Source: a virus (lineage: Duplodnaviria; Caudoviricetes). From it: a stretch of 58,888 nt of DNA. The stretch spans positions 1-58,888 of IMG/VR virus record IMGVR_UViG_3300044691_000290, one strand, 5' to 3'. The notes below the pieces were generated by a model. That model did not search any database, had not been told where the DNA came from, and worked only from the letters and a program-made list of their open reading frames with translations. Made by a program: the position numbers and the translations under genes. Positions 20,492 through 29,953 of the stretch are shown here, one piece after another; the first letter of the stretch is position 1, and each line of letters opens with the position of its first letter.

Positions 20492-21084
20492 CCGTCCGCA
20501 AAAGCACCATCACATTCGCCAGTGCCGCAGCTCTTGCATGCGCGCTTCCGATCACCAAGGCGTGCGAGGGCTATTGGCCAACTGCCAAGGTCGACACGAT
20601 CGGCACCGGCCGACCCTGTACGGGTGGATACGGTGAAACCGAACACGTTAAATGTGGCGAAAGCCACCCCGAGAAGTATTGGGCCGACCTGTTGGTGGTA
20701 AAGCTCAAGCGATACGACGCCGAGATTGGTCACTGTATCCACGTCGAACTACCGGACCAGACCCGCGCTGCCGTGGTTATTTTCGCTTATAACGTCGGTT
20801 CTGCTGGTGCCTGCCGTTCCACCACCATCCGCAAAATGAATGATGGTGATATTCGCGGCGGCTGCGATGCGTTGATGCAGTGGACGCGGGCGCAGGGCCA
20901 TGTGGTGCCCGGCCTCGTCAATCGCCGCGCCAAAGAACGCAAACTTTGCTTGGCGGGGTTGGACGCGCCCAAAGTGGTTCCCATTCCCGCGCCGGCGCCA
21001 GGCTATCCCTGCGGCAAGTTCCATTGCGAACCGCCCGTCGTTCCGTCCTTCTGGCAACACTGGTTCGGATGGATGTTCAAATGA
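20488..21084 (+). CDS. Endolysin (GH24 lysozyme, possibly SAR type)
   Basis: E-G...D...T.GYG catalytic pattern, FAYNVG and GLVNRRAKE motifs; Ala-rich N-terminal anchor. Confidence 0.9.
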   Translation: MTVRKSTITFASAAALACALPITKACEGYWPTAKVDTIGTGRPCTGGYGETEHVKCGESHPEKYWADLLVVKLKRYDAEIGHCIHVELPDQTRAAVVIFAYNVGSAGACRSTTIRKMNDGDIRGGCDALMQWTRAQGHVVPGLVNRRAKERKLCLAGLDAPKVVPIPAPAPGYPCGKFHCEPPVVPSFWQHWFGWMFK

Positions 21085-21160
21085 CCATGTGGTGGCCCCT
21101 CTACTGCTGGCTCGTGTTCTTCCTCGTGATGGGCCTGATTTGCCTTGCGGAGCCTGCTGA

Positions 21161-21634
21161 ATGATCACGCTCACCTGGATACTCGGTATTGTCAGCACAC
21201 TTGGAATTGGCGGCGTCATCGCTGCGTACTTCCTGCTCCCGGCCGCCGCGCCCCTGATCACGAGCGCCGTGCGCGCGCTGCTTCGCTGCCGCCCCTGCCT
21301 ATACGCCCTCGCCATCCTCGCCGCCCTTCTCGCGGCTTTCTGGAGTGGCCACCACGTTGCCGTGGTCGCGTGCCGCGCCGATGAGATGGCAGCAGAACTG
21401 GCCAATAAGCAAGCCGATCTGGACAACGCCGTCCAAGCCAAGAACGACGCCGCCAAGCGAGCCGCACTCATAGAGGCCACAGCCAATGACCAGCAGACCA
21501 AAGACGCGAAGTACATCGCTTCGCTCAAGAAGCGCCCTAATGCCGCTTGCGCTCTTGATGATAGCGACATCGGGACTGGCGGGATGCGTAACCACGGGTT
21601 CAACCTCCCGCACGCTACCCCCGGCGCCCGCTAA
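21161..21634 (+). CDS. i-spanin (Rz-like)
   Basis: N-terminal TM segments plus coiled coil, downstream of endolysin. Confidence 0.65.
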   Translation: MITLTWILGIVSTLGIGGVIAAYFLLPAAAPLITSAVRALLRCRPCLYALAILAALLAAFWSGHHVAVVACRADEMAAELANKQADLDNAVQAKNDAAKRAALIEATANDQQTKDAKYIASLKKRPNAACALDDSDIGTGGMRNHGFNLPHATPGAR

Positions 21635-21797
21635 TCTGATGGCGCCCGTGACAGTGCCAGTGCTTCACCGAGGACAGGACGCGCGGGCCGCGCTGCGGCT
21701 GACGCGCTCGGCACTGTTTCAGGCCAACTCGCGCCTTCTGGCATCGGACGGCTGGTATGAGTCCGTGCGAAAAACCTATCTCAGGGGAGCAAAATGA
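21540..21797 (+). CDS. o-spanin lipoprotein (Rz1-like)
   Basis: Overlaps the Rz-like gene in another frame; lipobox LAG-C; Pro-rich after the Cys. Confidence 0.7.
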   Translation: MPLALLMIATSGLAGCVTTGSTSRTLPPAPANLMAPVTVPVLHRGQDARAALRLTRSALFQANSRLLASDGWYESVRKTYLRGAK

Positions 21798-21870
21798 AAG
21801 CCTCAGCAGCCGCCACCTTCGAATACATCGTCGCCTTTGGCCTCGTCATCGGGACACTTGAACTCTTCCT

Positions 21871-22191
21871 GTGGACAGTAGGGTTATTGTGAACGCACTG
21901 GAATGGACCGCTCTCGGCGTTACCGTGACGATTTTGTCCACGATCATCGGGCTTGTCGTGCGGCTGATGGATCGTATCAACCAAGGCGAATCCAAAGCGG
22001 ACGCTGCAGGGAAACAAGCCAGTACCGCACTTTCGCGGGTTATCGATGCTGAAAAAGGACTGGTGGATATTCGCGTAGAAGTAGCCAAGGAGTACGTTTC
22101 CAAAGACACTCTGGCCTCTCTGGAAAACCGCATTGTCCAAGCGATCAACAATCTCGGCGATCGTTTAGACAAGCTGTTGCAGACGCGCTGA
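21871..22191 (+). CDS. Membrane-anchored coiled-coil protein
   Basis: One TM helix; VAKEYVSK..L..LE.RI motif common near lysis genes. Confidence 0.6.
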   Translation: MDSRVIVNALEWTALGVTVTILSTIIGLVVRLMDRINQGESKADAAGKQASTALSRVIDAEKGLVDIRVEVAKEYVSKDTLASLENRIVQAINNLGDRLDKLLQTR

Positions 22192-23426
22192 TGGCGATCA
22201 ACAGCCCCACCGACGAGTCGCTACGGGCTGCGGTGGACATGCTCAAGGAGTGCGGCGGTAACAAATCCCACGCTGCCATTGCGCTGAAGCTGGACAGGGG
22301 CACGTTTCGGTCCCGGTTGGAACAGGCCGCGTGCCGGGGCTTGATGCTGGATGCCGCCCCCGCGATGCCGGGGTTCGAAATCTCCAAGGTGACAACCGCT
22401 CCGGACGGCGGTCAGCACGTCACGCAGAAACAAGAGCACGGCGACGTGTTCGAAATGCCGGGGACACATCTACTCGGTAAGGTGACGATGCACCTCGACG
22501 CCCAAGGGCGCACGGTGCAGAGCTGGCCCCGGCTTATGCCCGACGCAGCAGCGCGCGACGCCGCGATGCGTGCCACTGTCGACGCACTCAAGGAAGAGTT
22601 GCCCCGCGCTGAGTCTGTCCCGGCCCCAGCCGCTTCCAATCCAGCACTGCTCAATCAGTACACTGTCACCGATCTTCATTTCGGCATGCTCGCCTGGAAA
22701 GAAGAAACCGGCGCCGATTATGATTTGAAGATCGCGGAACAGCTTCTCCTAGATTGGTTTGCTGCCGCAATCAGGCAGTCCCCCGACGCGTCGACCGCTA
22801 TCCTCTGCCAGCTCGGCGACTTGCTGCACCACGATTCGCACGACAGCGTGACACCGCTGCACCGGAACGTCCTGGATGCCGACAGCCGCCTCCAGAAGAT
22901 GATTCGCGTGGTTATCCGCACCATGCGGCGCATCGTGACCATGCTCCTAGAGAAACATCAAGTCGTCCATATCATCATGGCGGATGCCAATCACGACCCG
23001 GCCAGCGGCGCGTGGTTGCGCGAGATGTTCGCGGCATTTTACGAAAACGAACCGCGCGTGACCGTCGATAGCAGCGCGAGCACCTATTACGTCTATGAAC
23101 ATGGCGAAACGTCGCTGTTCTATCACCACGGGCACAAGCGGAAGATCAACACCGTTGATTCGGTGTTCGCCGGCAAATTCCGCGAGACCTACGGGCGCAC
23201 CAAATTCTCCTACGCCCACATTGGCCACCTGCATTCCGACGAATTGAAATCCACCAATCTCATGAAGGTGGAGCGCCACGAAACGCTCGCCTCGCCTGAC
23301 GCTTATGCGGCCAACGGCGGCTGGCTTAGCGGGAGGTCGGCGAAGGTCATCACGTACAGCAAGAGTTTCGGCGAGGTGGGGCGCATCACGCTCACGCCCG
23401 AGATGGTCTCCTCTGTAGGATGTTGA
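22191..23426 (+). CDS. Calcineurin-like metallophosphoesterase with N-terminal HTH
   Basis: TDLHFG, LGDLLH, ANHD, HHGH and HIGHLH metal-binding motifs. Confidence 0.8.
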   Translation: MAINSPTDESLRAAVDMLKECGGNKSHAAIALKLDRGTFRSRLEQAACRGLMLDAAPAMPGFEISKVTTAPDGGQHVTQKQEHGDVFEMPGTHLLGKVTMHLDAQGRTVQSWPRLMPDAAARDAAMRATVDALKEELPRAESVPAPAASNPALLNQYTVTDLHFGMLAWKEETGADYDLKIAEQLLLDWFAAAIRQSPDASTAILCQLGDLLHHDSHDSVTPLHRNVLDADSRLQKMIRVVIRTMRRIVTMLLEKHQVVHIIMADANHDPASGAWLREMFAAFYENEPRVTVDSSASTYYVYEHGETSLFYHHGHKRKINTVDSVFAGKFRETYGRTKFSYAHIGHLHSDELKSTNLMKVERHETLASPDAYAANGGWLSGRSAKVITYSKSFGEVGRITLTPEMVSSVGC

Positions 23427-23450
23427 CTTTCCGCATTAGAACGGTAGAGT
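23423..23450 (+). promoter_or_regulatory. Repeated promoter/operator, copy 5
   Basis: TTGACT-ttccgcattagaacgg-TAGAGT; contains the upstream TGA stop. Confidence 0.8.
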
Positions 23451-23457
23451 AACGCGC

Positions 23458-23688
23458 ATGTACCAATCCGATCTTGACATGCCGAACCAGTTGCGCCTCG
23501 CCGCGCAAAACGAACGTGATGAACTGGTCCGTTTCAAATTGCATGAAGCGGCGGACGGTATCGTCACTGCACTGAGAGCGTTCCGCTTGATGCCCAGCGG
23601 CGACAACCTGACCCGTCTCCAGTGTGTTTGGGCTTCCGGCGTGCGGGCACTCGGCAACGCCGGCAAGAATGTACACCTACACATATAG
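23458..23688 (+). CDS. Hypothetical protein
   Basis: ATG just downstream of promoter copy 5. Confidence 0.55.
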   Translation: MYQSDLDMPNQLRLAAQNERDELVRFKLHEAADGIVTALRAFRLMPSGDNLTRLQCVWASGVRALGNAGKNVHLHI

Positions 23689-23698
23689 GAGCGATTAC

Positions 23699-24202
23699 AT
23701 GGCGTGGCCAAAGACCGATCGCGAATGGGCGCGCAACGCCCTAGAGGGCCACTTCGGCTGCAACGTGACGGCATGTCCGAAGAGAGAGTGTCGCAATAGC
23801 GGAGATTGTGCCCTGCAAGCACTTGCTCGTGCACACGTCGATATTGCGCAGCGGCACGAGCCCAAGATGCGCGTTTTCACAACCGGCGCGAACCGTGACT
23901 TGGACGACTCCAAGCTCGACTTCGACGGTTTTCTATCCCCACTAGTCATTGAGCGGTTTGCTCAGTACATGCACAAGAATCGCCACACCGCGAACGGCCT
24001 CCGCGATTCCGACAACTGGCAAAAGGGAATTCCGGTCGACGTGTATCGGAAGTCCGGCTGGCGTCATTGGTTCGAGTGCTGGCAACTAGGGCGTTCTGGA
24101 GCGACCAGCGACGCCCTGGAAGAGGCGCTGTGCGCGCTCCTGTTCAATGTCCAGGGTTGGTTGCACGAGATCATCAAAGCGCGCAGCACGGGCGCTCGCT
24201 AG
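23699..24202 (+). CDS. dATP/dGTP diphosphohydrolase-domain protein (DUF5664-like)
   Basis: F.TGA.RD...K.DF..LSP and DNWQKGIP motifs; RBS AGGAG. Confidence 0.7.
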   Translation: MAWPKTDREWARNALEGHFGCNVTACPKRECRNSGDCALQALARAHVDIAQRHEPKMRVFTTGANRDLDDSKLDFDGFLSPLVIERFAQYMHKNRHTANGLRDSDNWQKGIPVDVYRKSGWRHWFECWQLGRSGATSDALEEALCALLFNVQGWLHEIIKARSTGAR

Positions 24203-24314
24203 CCCCCGCCGAGTAATTTTTATTCAAATTAGAGCGAAAAGTGGTCAAATTTGACCATACGACGCAACCTGAACGCGCTAAACGTGACATGGGTCTGGCA
24301 AACAGGAGGCACCC

Positions 24315-24503
24315 ATGACAAGACGCCCTCGCCAAATAGCCGCAGGAAGCGAGGGCGCGTCCCGGCAAGAGATCATCAACATGCTTTGGAACGGCGAGAT
24401 CGGCGACGCCGATTTTGTTGAACTTGGCCTTACGGAAGGTATGACGGTTGAACAGGTCGGCCATGTCTTAATGGCCATTCGCGTCAAGGATGGGACGCTA
24501 TGA
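24315..24503 (+). CDS. Hypothetical protein
   Basis: Strong RBS AGGAGG. Confidence 0.55.
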   Translation: MTRRPRQIAAGSEGASRQEIINMLWNGEIGDADFVELGLTEGMTVEQVGHVLMAIRVKDGTL

Positions 24504-25098
24504 CCAAGGGACCAAAGCGACGATCCCAAGGCTTTCAACTCTTTTTTGAGCGCATCAACTGGCGGCTTACTTTCGTCGATGGTGTCGTGGTCTCAGTACT
24601 TCTATGGTGTGGCGTCTACCTGGCGATTGTTTCGCTTTGGATGCTGTGGGCTTAGAATCAAAAAGCAGCATTTGCGCTGCAAAAGGTCGGTACCAATAAT
24701 ATACCAGCGAAATTTTAAGATCGCGCCCCCACGCGCTTTAGTCTAACAACTTCGTTGCTTCGAACGCTGATGTTACGCTTACCCCTGCCGACACTGCGAG
24801 CGTCTGAAAGATGACGCACGCACGATCCATGTTTCGCTTACCTTCTGCCATTTCAACAGCCATTGACATGATAAGGCGAGTAGTCAGTCCGTCGTCTTTA
24901 TTTTTCTTGCCACGCACTTCCCAATTCCCCTGCACGTTCCGCGGTTGCGACATTGCCGCCGCACCACCTAGCTACGCCTTGAACAAAATACGGTCAAGTA
25001 AGAACCGCATTTGTTCAAATATAATTTACCTGTGGTATTTCGCGTAAAACCCCGTAAACATACGATTATTCCGATGGAACTTTTGTATTGGTGTGGGA

Positions 25099-25413
25099 AT
25101 GATCGAAGCGCTGACGGCCTGTCAGGCACGAGGGGCGCGAGCGATGCTGACGTGGTCAGTTCGCCAATTGGCCAAAAGGTCCCGAATATCGGAAAGTTCC
25201 ATTCGCCGCGTCGAAGTCGGGTTCGGCGTGCCCGAAAACGTGTCGCTCGATCTGCGAGTGAAGCTCCAGACGTACTTTGAGTCGAGAGGGTTCACCTTCA
25301 AATGGTCGGAAGAGTTAGGCGCCGGCGTCCACTGGCGCAAACCGGGGCGAACGGAACGGCGTTCGGGCAAGGATCGGCGGGGCGCGGGGGAAGTGCCATC
25401 GGAGCCGTTTTAG
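25099..25413 (+). CDS. XRE-family HTH transcriptional regulator
   Basis: Q.RGARAML.WS...LA..S.IS.SSIRR.E pattern of alphaproteobacterial XRE proteins. Confidence 0.8.
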   Translation: MIEALTACQARGARAMLTWSVRQLAKRSRISESSIRRVEVGFGVPENVSLDLRVKLQTYFESRGFTFKWSEELGAGVHWRKPGRTERRSGKDRRGAGEVPSEPF

Positions 25414-25439
25414 CGTCCCCGCGCACTCGCGTTCCCCAT

Positions 25440-25463
25440 CCATTCTTTGGCCCATTCTTTGGC
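25440..25463. repeat. Tandem 12-bp repeat, candidate integrase arm-type sites
   Basis: CCATTCTTTGGC twice beside the attP core; related TCTTTGGCG near 25621 on the other side. Confidence 0.5.
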
Positions 25464-25490
25464 GAACGCACCTCGGAAATTCAAGTTATG

Positions 25491-25541
25491 TGGTAGGCGG
25501 TGACGGATTCGAACCGCCGACCCTCTCGGTGTAAACGAGAG
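25491..25541 (-). other. attP core: 3' half of tRNA-Val(UAC)
   Basis: Minus strand reads CTCTCG-TTTACAC-CGAGAG, GGCGG-TTCGAAT-CCGTC and a CCA end; no 5' half; 9 bp from the integrase stop. Confidence 0.85.
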
Positions 25542-25550
25542 CGCCTTACC

Positions 25551-26744
25551 TTAGATATCAATGTTTACGGGCGTTTCTGGTACTCTCTGATCGGTTGAAA
25601 TCGTCCTTTGTTCGCTCTTATCTTTGGCGGTTCGTTGGCGGTGCGCTCTAAACGCGCTGTGAACTTCCGCCGAATGGTCCGGGTGGTGATGTCCATAAGT
25701 CGAGATCAGCACCTTCACATCCATGGCCAAGTAGTCGGCCGCTTTCCATGGATCGGCGCCAGCCTGCATCATCCACGTGGCCAAGGAATGCCGCCACGTG
25801 TGCTGCGTTACACCGTCGAGCCCTGCGGCAAAGACGGCCTCCTGGTGCGCCCGCTTGACCTTGGCAACTGGCTTGCCTGCGCGCTCCACGACGAACCGCT
25901 GCCCGTTCGCTCGCCAGCGGCGAAGGTGCGCCAGCAACTCAGGTGGCACTCGCACCGTCTGCTTTCGTTTGGTAGTCTCGCGCTCGCCCGTGGGGCGTCC
26001 ATAGAAGACGCCGTTGGTCAAATCAATCCAAGCGCGGTCTTTTGGTCGCTTCGGTTCAATCGATGCCGATGCGATGACCGACGCGCGGGATCCCATATAG
26101 CGCGCCACCACCATGAATCGCGCCACGTGTCGCCGTGGCCGCTTATTGGTCACAACCCCGTCCCGCACTTCCCGGTCCCGCCAAGCTCCTAGAATGAGCC
26201 GCGCGGCCTCGCCCTTGGTCATCCAGCGTTCCCGCGGCAGCGACTTGTCAGGTAAGACTACGGACACGATTCGATCGTGCAACCCTTCCTTCCGATGGTG
26301 ATTGATGGCCGATCGTAAGTCCTCCAGCTCGCGGCGCGCGGCGGCATCGCTGCCCCGCTGGCGAGCATAGGCGCGGCATTCCGGACCCGTTACCTTGTCC
26401 AGGGTCTTGCCTGACCAGAATGCATCGAGGAACCCGATTCGGCTGTCGGTCTTTTTAGGGTCGGCGTGGTTCGGTGCGACATCACGCGCATAGAGTGCGA
26501 GCACGTCGTCGACCAGGATGGCGGCGGGGTCCCGCGTGGTGGCTGTGGCCGTCTTGGTATGCTTAGAACCTAAATGCTTGCCGAGGGCTTTTTCTGCGCC
26601 CGCAAGGTCGCTCGCGCTGCAGCCAGTTCCGATTTGGCGAGCGCCGTCGAGGACAAGCCAAGTTGATTCATGGGTGATTCGGCCGGCGCTATCCCGGCGC
26701 GTCGGTCGGAGCCACAGTCTCGGACCTTTGGAACGACGCGACAT
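25551..26744 (-). CDS. int: Tyrosine integrase
   Basis: Catalytic R (MGSR), HTWRH and TYGHH; next to tRNA-derived attP. Confidence 0.9.
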   Translation of the reverse strand: MSRRSKGPRLWLRPTRRDSAGRITHESTWLVLDGARQIGTGCSASDLAGAEKALGKHLGSKHTKTATATTRDPAAILVDDVLALYARDVAPNHADPKKTDSRIGFLDAFWSGKTLDKVTGPECRAYARQRGSDAAARRELEDLRSAINHHRKEGLHDRIVSVVLPDKSLPRERWMTKGEAARLILGAWRDREVRDGVVTNKRPRRHVARFMVVARYMGSRASVIASASIEPKRPKDRAWIDLTNGVFYGRPTGERETTKRKQTVRVPPELLAHLRRWRANGQRFVVERAGKPVAKVKRAHQEAVFAAGLDGVTQHTWRHSLATWMMQAGADPWKAADYLAMDVKVLISTYGHHHPDHSAEVHSAFRAHRQRTAKDKSEQRTISTDQRVPETPVNIDI

Positions 26745-26902
26745 GCGCGAATGGCTTCCTGTACGTCAGCCGCCGTGGTCAAATAGGCTTTGCCGGGGCG
26801 GTACGTCACAAGCTTACCCCGACGCGCGAGGCGCTTCAAGCTGTCGCGGGTGGCACCAGGGATAAGTGCGGCGGCCTGGTCGAGGGTGAGGAGTTCATCC
26901 AC
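26570..26902 (-). CDS. Excisionase-like HTH protein
   Basis: LLTLDQAAAL...LARRGKL..YRPGK pattern; overlaps the integrase 5' end. Confidence 0.65.
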   Translation of the reverse strand: MDELLTLDQAAALIPGATRDSLKRLARRGKLVTYRPGKAYLTTAADVQEAIRACRVVPKVRDCGSDRRAGIAPAESPMNQLGLSSTALAKSELAAARATLRAQKKPSASI

Positions 26903-27776
26903 AGCGGGCACGCAACCGGGACTGCAAGGCGTGGATGACTGGCACCAAGGCCATTTCGCGCCGAAAGAGGGAAATGTCCAGAACGTTGCGAGTGGGGCGT
27001 GCTTCGTGGATGCGGCGCTGGGCAATAGCGAAATATGTCGGGTCGCGTTCGATGCCGATGAAGCGGCGGTTGGAGAGGGCCGCGGCGACTCCGGTGGTGC
27101 CGCTACCGAGAAACGGGTCAAGCACCACGTCATCTGGGTTTGACCAACTGGCTATGTGGTCGACGGCGATAGCGAGCGGAAACATGGCCGGGTGGCCATA
27201 GCGCTTGCTTTGCTTCTCGGTCGGAATCAACCAATAATTTAGGCGCGATCCAAAATCCTTAACGACGCGGCCAGTCGTGTTTCGGATTGCTGCCATAGGC
27301 TTTGTGCTGCCGTCTGCCGCTCTATCTGTTCCGTGAACAGCAACGCCTGCGTGCTTATTAGCCTTGTCGGCTATGATGTTGATGGTCTTAGGTTGTCCCT
27401 TGCTCCACACAAACATAAACTCAAACGCTTGACTGTATCGAACGGGCGTCGGGAAAGGTGTACCATCTTTCCCCCAAATCATCGTGTCGTGCAGACGAAA
27501 GCCACATGCAATGGCGTGAAGCGCTTGACGGAAACTCGTTCCGGTTTCACTTCCATTCGCGGTCGCGTCACCAACCACCCACACGACAACGCCGCCGTCT
27601 TTGGTCACGCGATACAATTCTGCGATGATCGCTTGCCACTTCGTAGCGTTCCAGTCGTTCAGGCTATCGTTGTATGTCCGCAGATTGTCGTAAGGCGGAC
27701 TCGTGACGGTCAGATCGACCGATGCCGCCGGAAGCGTGGCCATCACTTCCAAGCAGTCCCCGCAGTGGAGCGTCAC
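26895..27776 (-). CDS. DNA methyltransferase (N4/N6, beta class)
   Basis: TSPPY, HPAMFP and LDPFLGSGTT motifs. Confidence 0.9.
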   Translation of the reverse strand: MTLHCGDCLEVMATLPAASVDLTVTSPPYDNLRTYNDSLNDWNATKWQAIIAELYRVTKDGGVVVWVVGDATANGSETGTSFRQALHAIACGFRLHDTMIWGKDGTPFPTPVRYSQAFEFMFVWSKGQPKTINIIADKANKHAGVAVHGTDRAADGSTKPMAAIRNTTGRVVKDFGSRLNYWLIPTEKQSKRYGHPAMFPLAIAVDHIASWSNPDDVVLDPFLGSGTTGVAAALSNRRFIGIERDPTYFAIAQRRIHEARPTRNVLDISLFRREMALVPVIHALQSRLRARCG

Positions 27777-29179
27777 AGCGCCACCCTCCCCCGGCGCAAC
27801 CGGGACTGCAAGGCGCGTACCTCTTCCAGTAGGGCCGCTTCGCGGCGGAAGGTGGCGAGGTCTATGATGGGGCGTTGGGGGCGATCTAAGCGTCGCGCCA
27901 CCGTCCCGTCTTGTCCCGATTTGTCAGCAAAGGTTCCATAGATTCTTCGACCGGGCGCCGTGGGCGTGTCGCGCACCGAACCGTCAAACCTTGCCTTGAT
28001 GTCCGCGACGTATTCCACTTCCCTCTCGCACAGCACTACGCGAAAGCCGCGGCGCGTGGCTGCAATGCCCGTGGTCCCCGAGCCGGCGAACGGGTCCAGC
28101 ACGGTCCCACCGGGCGGCGTGATCAGCGTGGCAAGCCATTCCATGAGGGCGATGGGCTTGACGGTCGGATGGCGACTTCCTGCTCGATCGGCTTTGCTCG
28201 CTTTTGCTGAGTAGTGGAAGGAGCGCTCCGTTTCGTCGGGTGGGCACGATTTGAAAAACCGGGCTGCCGAACCCGTCGACGCGCCGTGGTTGGTCAAGGA
28301 CCGTTTGCCGAATTTGCCATAGACTTCGCCGTTTCGATCGCCCGCCGTAGGGACGCCGCTGCTCGTATGCGGAAATGCCGCAATTACTTCCGCTTCGCCT
28401 GAGTGCACCACGTTGGCGGGCCAGCGTCCGAGCGCAGCGCGCCCCTCTGCGTCGTCGGGCATCCCAACGAGACTCATGTTGTAACTGTTGCCGCCAGCCT
28501 TGTTTCCGGCGGGAGCATTGACGCGCGCCTCATTGCCAACCCTACTAGCCCCAATATTCAGCGCCCCCGTCCGCCACCGCAGCACGTTCGCGGCGACAGT
28601 CGGCTCGGAGAGCGGCTTGCGCGCCAGTACGATCGGCTCGAATGCTGGTTTCAGGGCGGTGCCCCAGCCTTCCCATTCTTTTGCGGCGGGAGTGGCGGCC
28701 TTGGTTACGGTCGGTACGAATTCGCGACCGTCGTCTTTTATCCATCCATCTTTATTCTGATCAGCACCGGGGATCATGCGCTTCTGCAGTGCGCCTTGCG
28801 ATACTATCTCGCGCTCGGCGCCGAACATCTTGTCGATTCCCTTTGATACATCGTGACTTTTCGGAAACCCCGTGCCATACACCCACATCAACGAATCGCG
28901 AATCTCAAATCCCGCATCCTCGATCGCGCACGCCATACGGTGATATTGCCTGCTCGCGCCGAATGCGGCGACAAACGCGCCGGGCTTCAGCACGCGATAC
29001 ACTTCGGCCCAAAAAACGGCATCCATCGCCACTTCCGACGTGTCCCACGCTTTGCCCATGAAATTGAGATTGTACGGCGGATCCGTGCAGCACGAGTCCA
29101 ACGAATCGGATGGCAGCCCCCGCAACGCCTCGCGGCAATCGGCGTGAAACAGCGTCGCGTCGGGAGAGAGACGGATCAT
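27773..29179 (-). CDS. DNA methyltransferase (N6/N4, beta class)
   Basis: TDPPY, HPTVKP and LDPFAGSGTT motifs. Confidence 0.9.
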   Translation of the reverse strand: MIRLSPDATLFHADCREALRGLPSDSLDSCCTDPPYNLNFMGKAWDTSEVAMDAVFWAEVYRVLKPGAFVAAFGASRQYHRMACAIEDAGFEIRDSLMWVYGTGFPKSHDVSKGIDKMFGAEREIVSQGALQKRMIPGADQNKDGWIKDDGREFVPTVTKAATPAAKEWEGWGTALKPAFEPIVLARKPLSEPTVAANVLRWRTGALNIGASRVGNEARVNAPAGNKAGGNSYNMSLVGMPDDAEGRAALGRWPANVVHSGEAEVIAAFPHTSSGVPTAGDRNGEVYGKFGKRSLTNHGASTGSAARFFKSCPPDETERSFHYSAKASKADRAGSRHPTVKPIALMEWLATLITPPGGTVLDPFAGSGTTGIAATRRGFRVVLCEREVEYVADIKARFDGSVRDTPTAPGRRIYGTFADKSGQDGTVARRLDRPQRPIIDLATFRREAALLEEVRALQSRLRRGRVAL

Positions 29180-29364
29180 GCGGGCAGCCCGACTGCAGCG
29201 TTGTGGTCGGCACAAGCCCACCCAGCAGCTTCCATGCGCTCGAACAGTGCGACGCGAACCTGATGCCGCCCATCAACGTAGCGCTTACCATCCGGCGCGG
29301 GACCGTCGCGGATGATGATGACTTCGCACAAGTTGAAGCCGTTTTGGTGCCAGCGCTCGTTCAC
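29176..29364 (-). CDS. Hypothetical protein
   Basis: Stop/start overlaps with both neighbours. Confidence 0.5.
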   Translation of the reverse strand: MNERWHQNGFNLCEVIIIRDGPAPDGKRYVDGRHQVRVALFERMEAAGWACADHNAAVGLPA

Positions 29365-29615
29365 AGTCCGAGCGCCTTCCGAATTTCTGCGCGTGCCGTA
29401 TAGTCGCCAGACGACGCAGCCGCGTGCATCAAGTGAATCAGTTTGTCAAAATCATGCCGCTGCTCTGGTAGTTCAAAACGAAACTCTGGATAGTGTTTGC
29501 CGATTGGACATACGTGCACCAGGTTCGCCGTATCAGTCTCGGCAGCAATGCTGTCGTGTTCGCCGTCGCGCCAATATGAGATTCGGCAACCGTGAAGAAT
29601 ACTAGAATGATTCAC
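29361..29615 (-). CDS. Hypothetical protein
   Basis: Stop/start overlaps with both neighbours. Confidence 0.5.
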   Translation of the reverse strand: MNHSSILHGCRISYWRDGEHDSIAAETDTANLVHVCPIGKHYPEFRFELPEQRHDFDKLIHLMHAAASSGDYTARAEIRKALGL

Positions 29616-29953
29616 AGCACCCGCTCCACCGACACACGCCCCACCCCGCGCCCAACCAACCCAATCGCGACCGCCGCCCCGCGCGAGAGGTCAAGCGACC
29701 GCCCCTTGATGAACGGTCCCCTATCCGTAACCACCACATTCACACACCCCCGCAGACACACGCGCAGACGCGTACCAAACGGCAGCGTCCTGGAGGCCGC
29801 CGTCATTCCTTCCGGCCTAAAGCGCGCACCCGATGCAGTCCGCGTTCCGGACTCGGCGCCGTAGTAGGAGGCCACCATTTCCGAGCCGTGTGCGGCCCCG
29901 CACGCAAGGAGCAGCACGCCGAGAGCAAGGGCGCACCAGAGAGTGCGGATCAT
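29612..29953 (-). CDS. RlpA-like (DPBB) lytic transglycosylase domain protein, exported
   Basis: Signal peptide; ASYYG, TASG, TAASRTLPFGT and DRGPF..GR.LDLS motifs. Confidence 0.85.
   Translation of the reverse strand: MIRTLWCALALGVLLLACGAAHGSEMVASYYGAESGTRTASGARFRPEGMTAASRTLPFGTRLRVCLRGCVNVVVTDRGPFIKGRSLDLSRGAAVAIGLVGRGVGRVSVERVL

Noticed and set aside
23699-24202. Evidence for a 2-aminoadenine (dZ) genome
   Set aside because: No PurZ-like gene in the window, and the phage integrates and encodes conventional MTases
24978-25020. LexA (SOS) box upstream of the XRE gene
   Set aside because: GAAC-N7-GTTC is present but does not match the alphaproteobacterial GTTC-N7-GTTC direct repeat
25491-25541. 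Functional phage tRNA-Val
   Set aside because: Only the anticodon arm to CCA is present; the D-arm and 5' acceptor strand are replaced by the integrase end, so treated as attP
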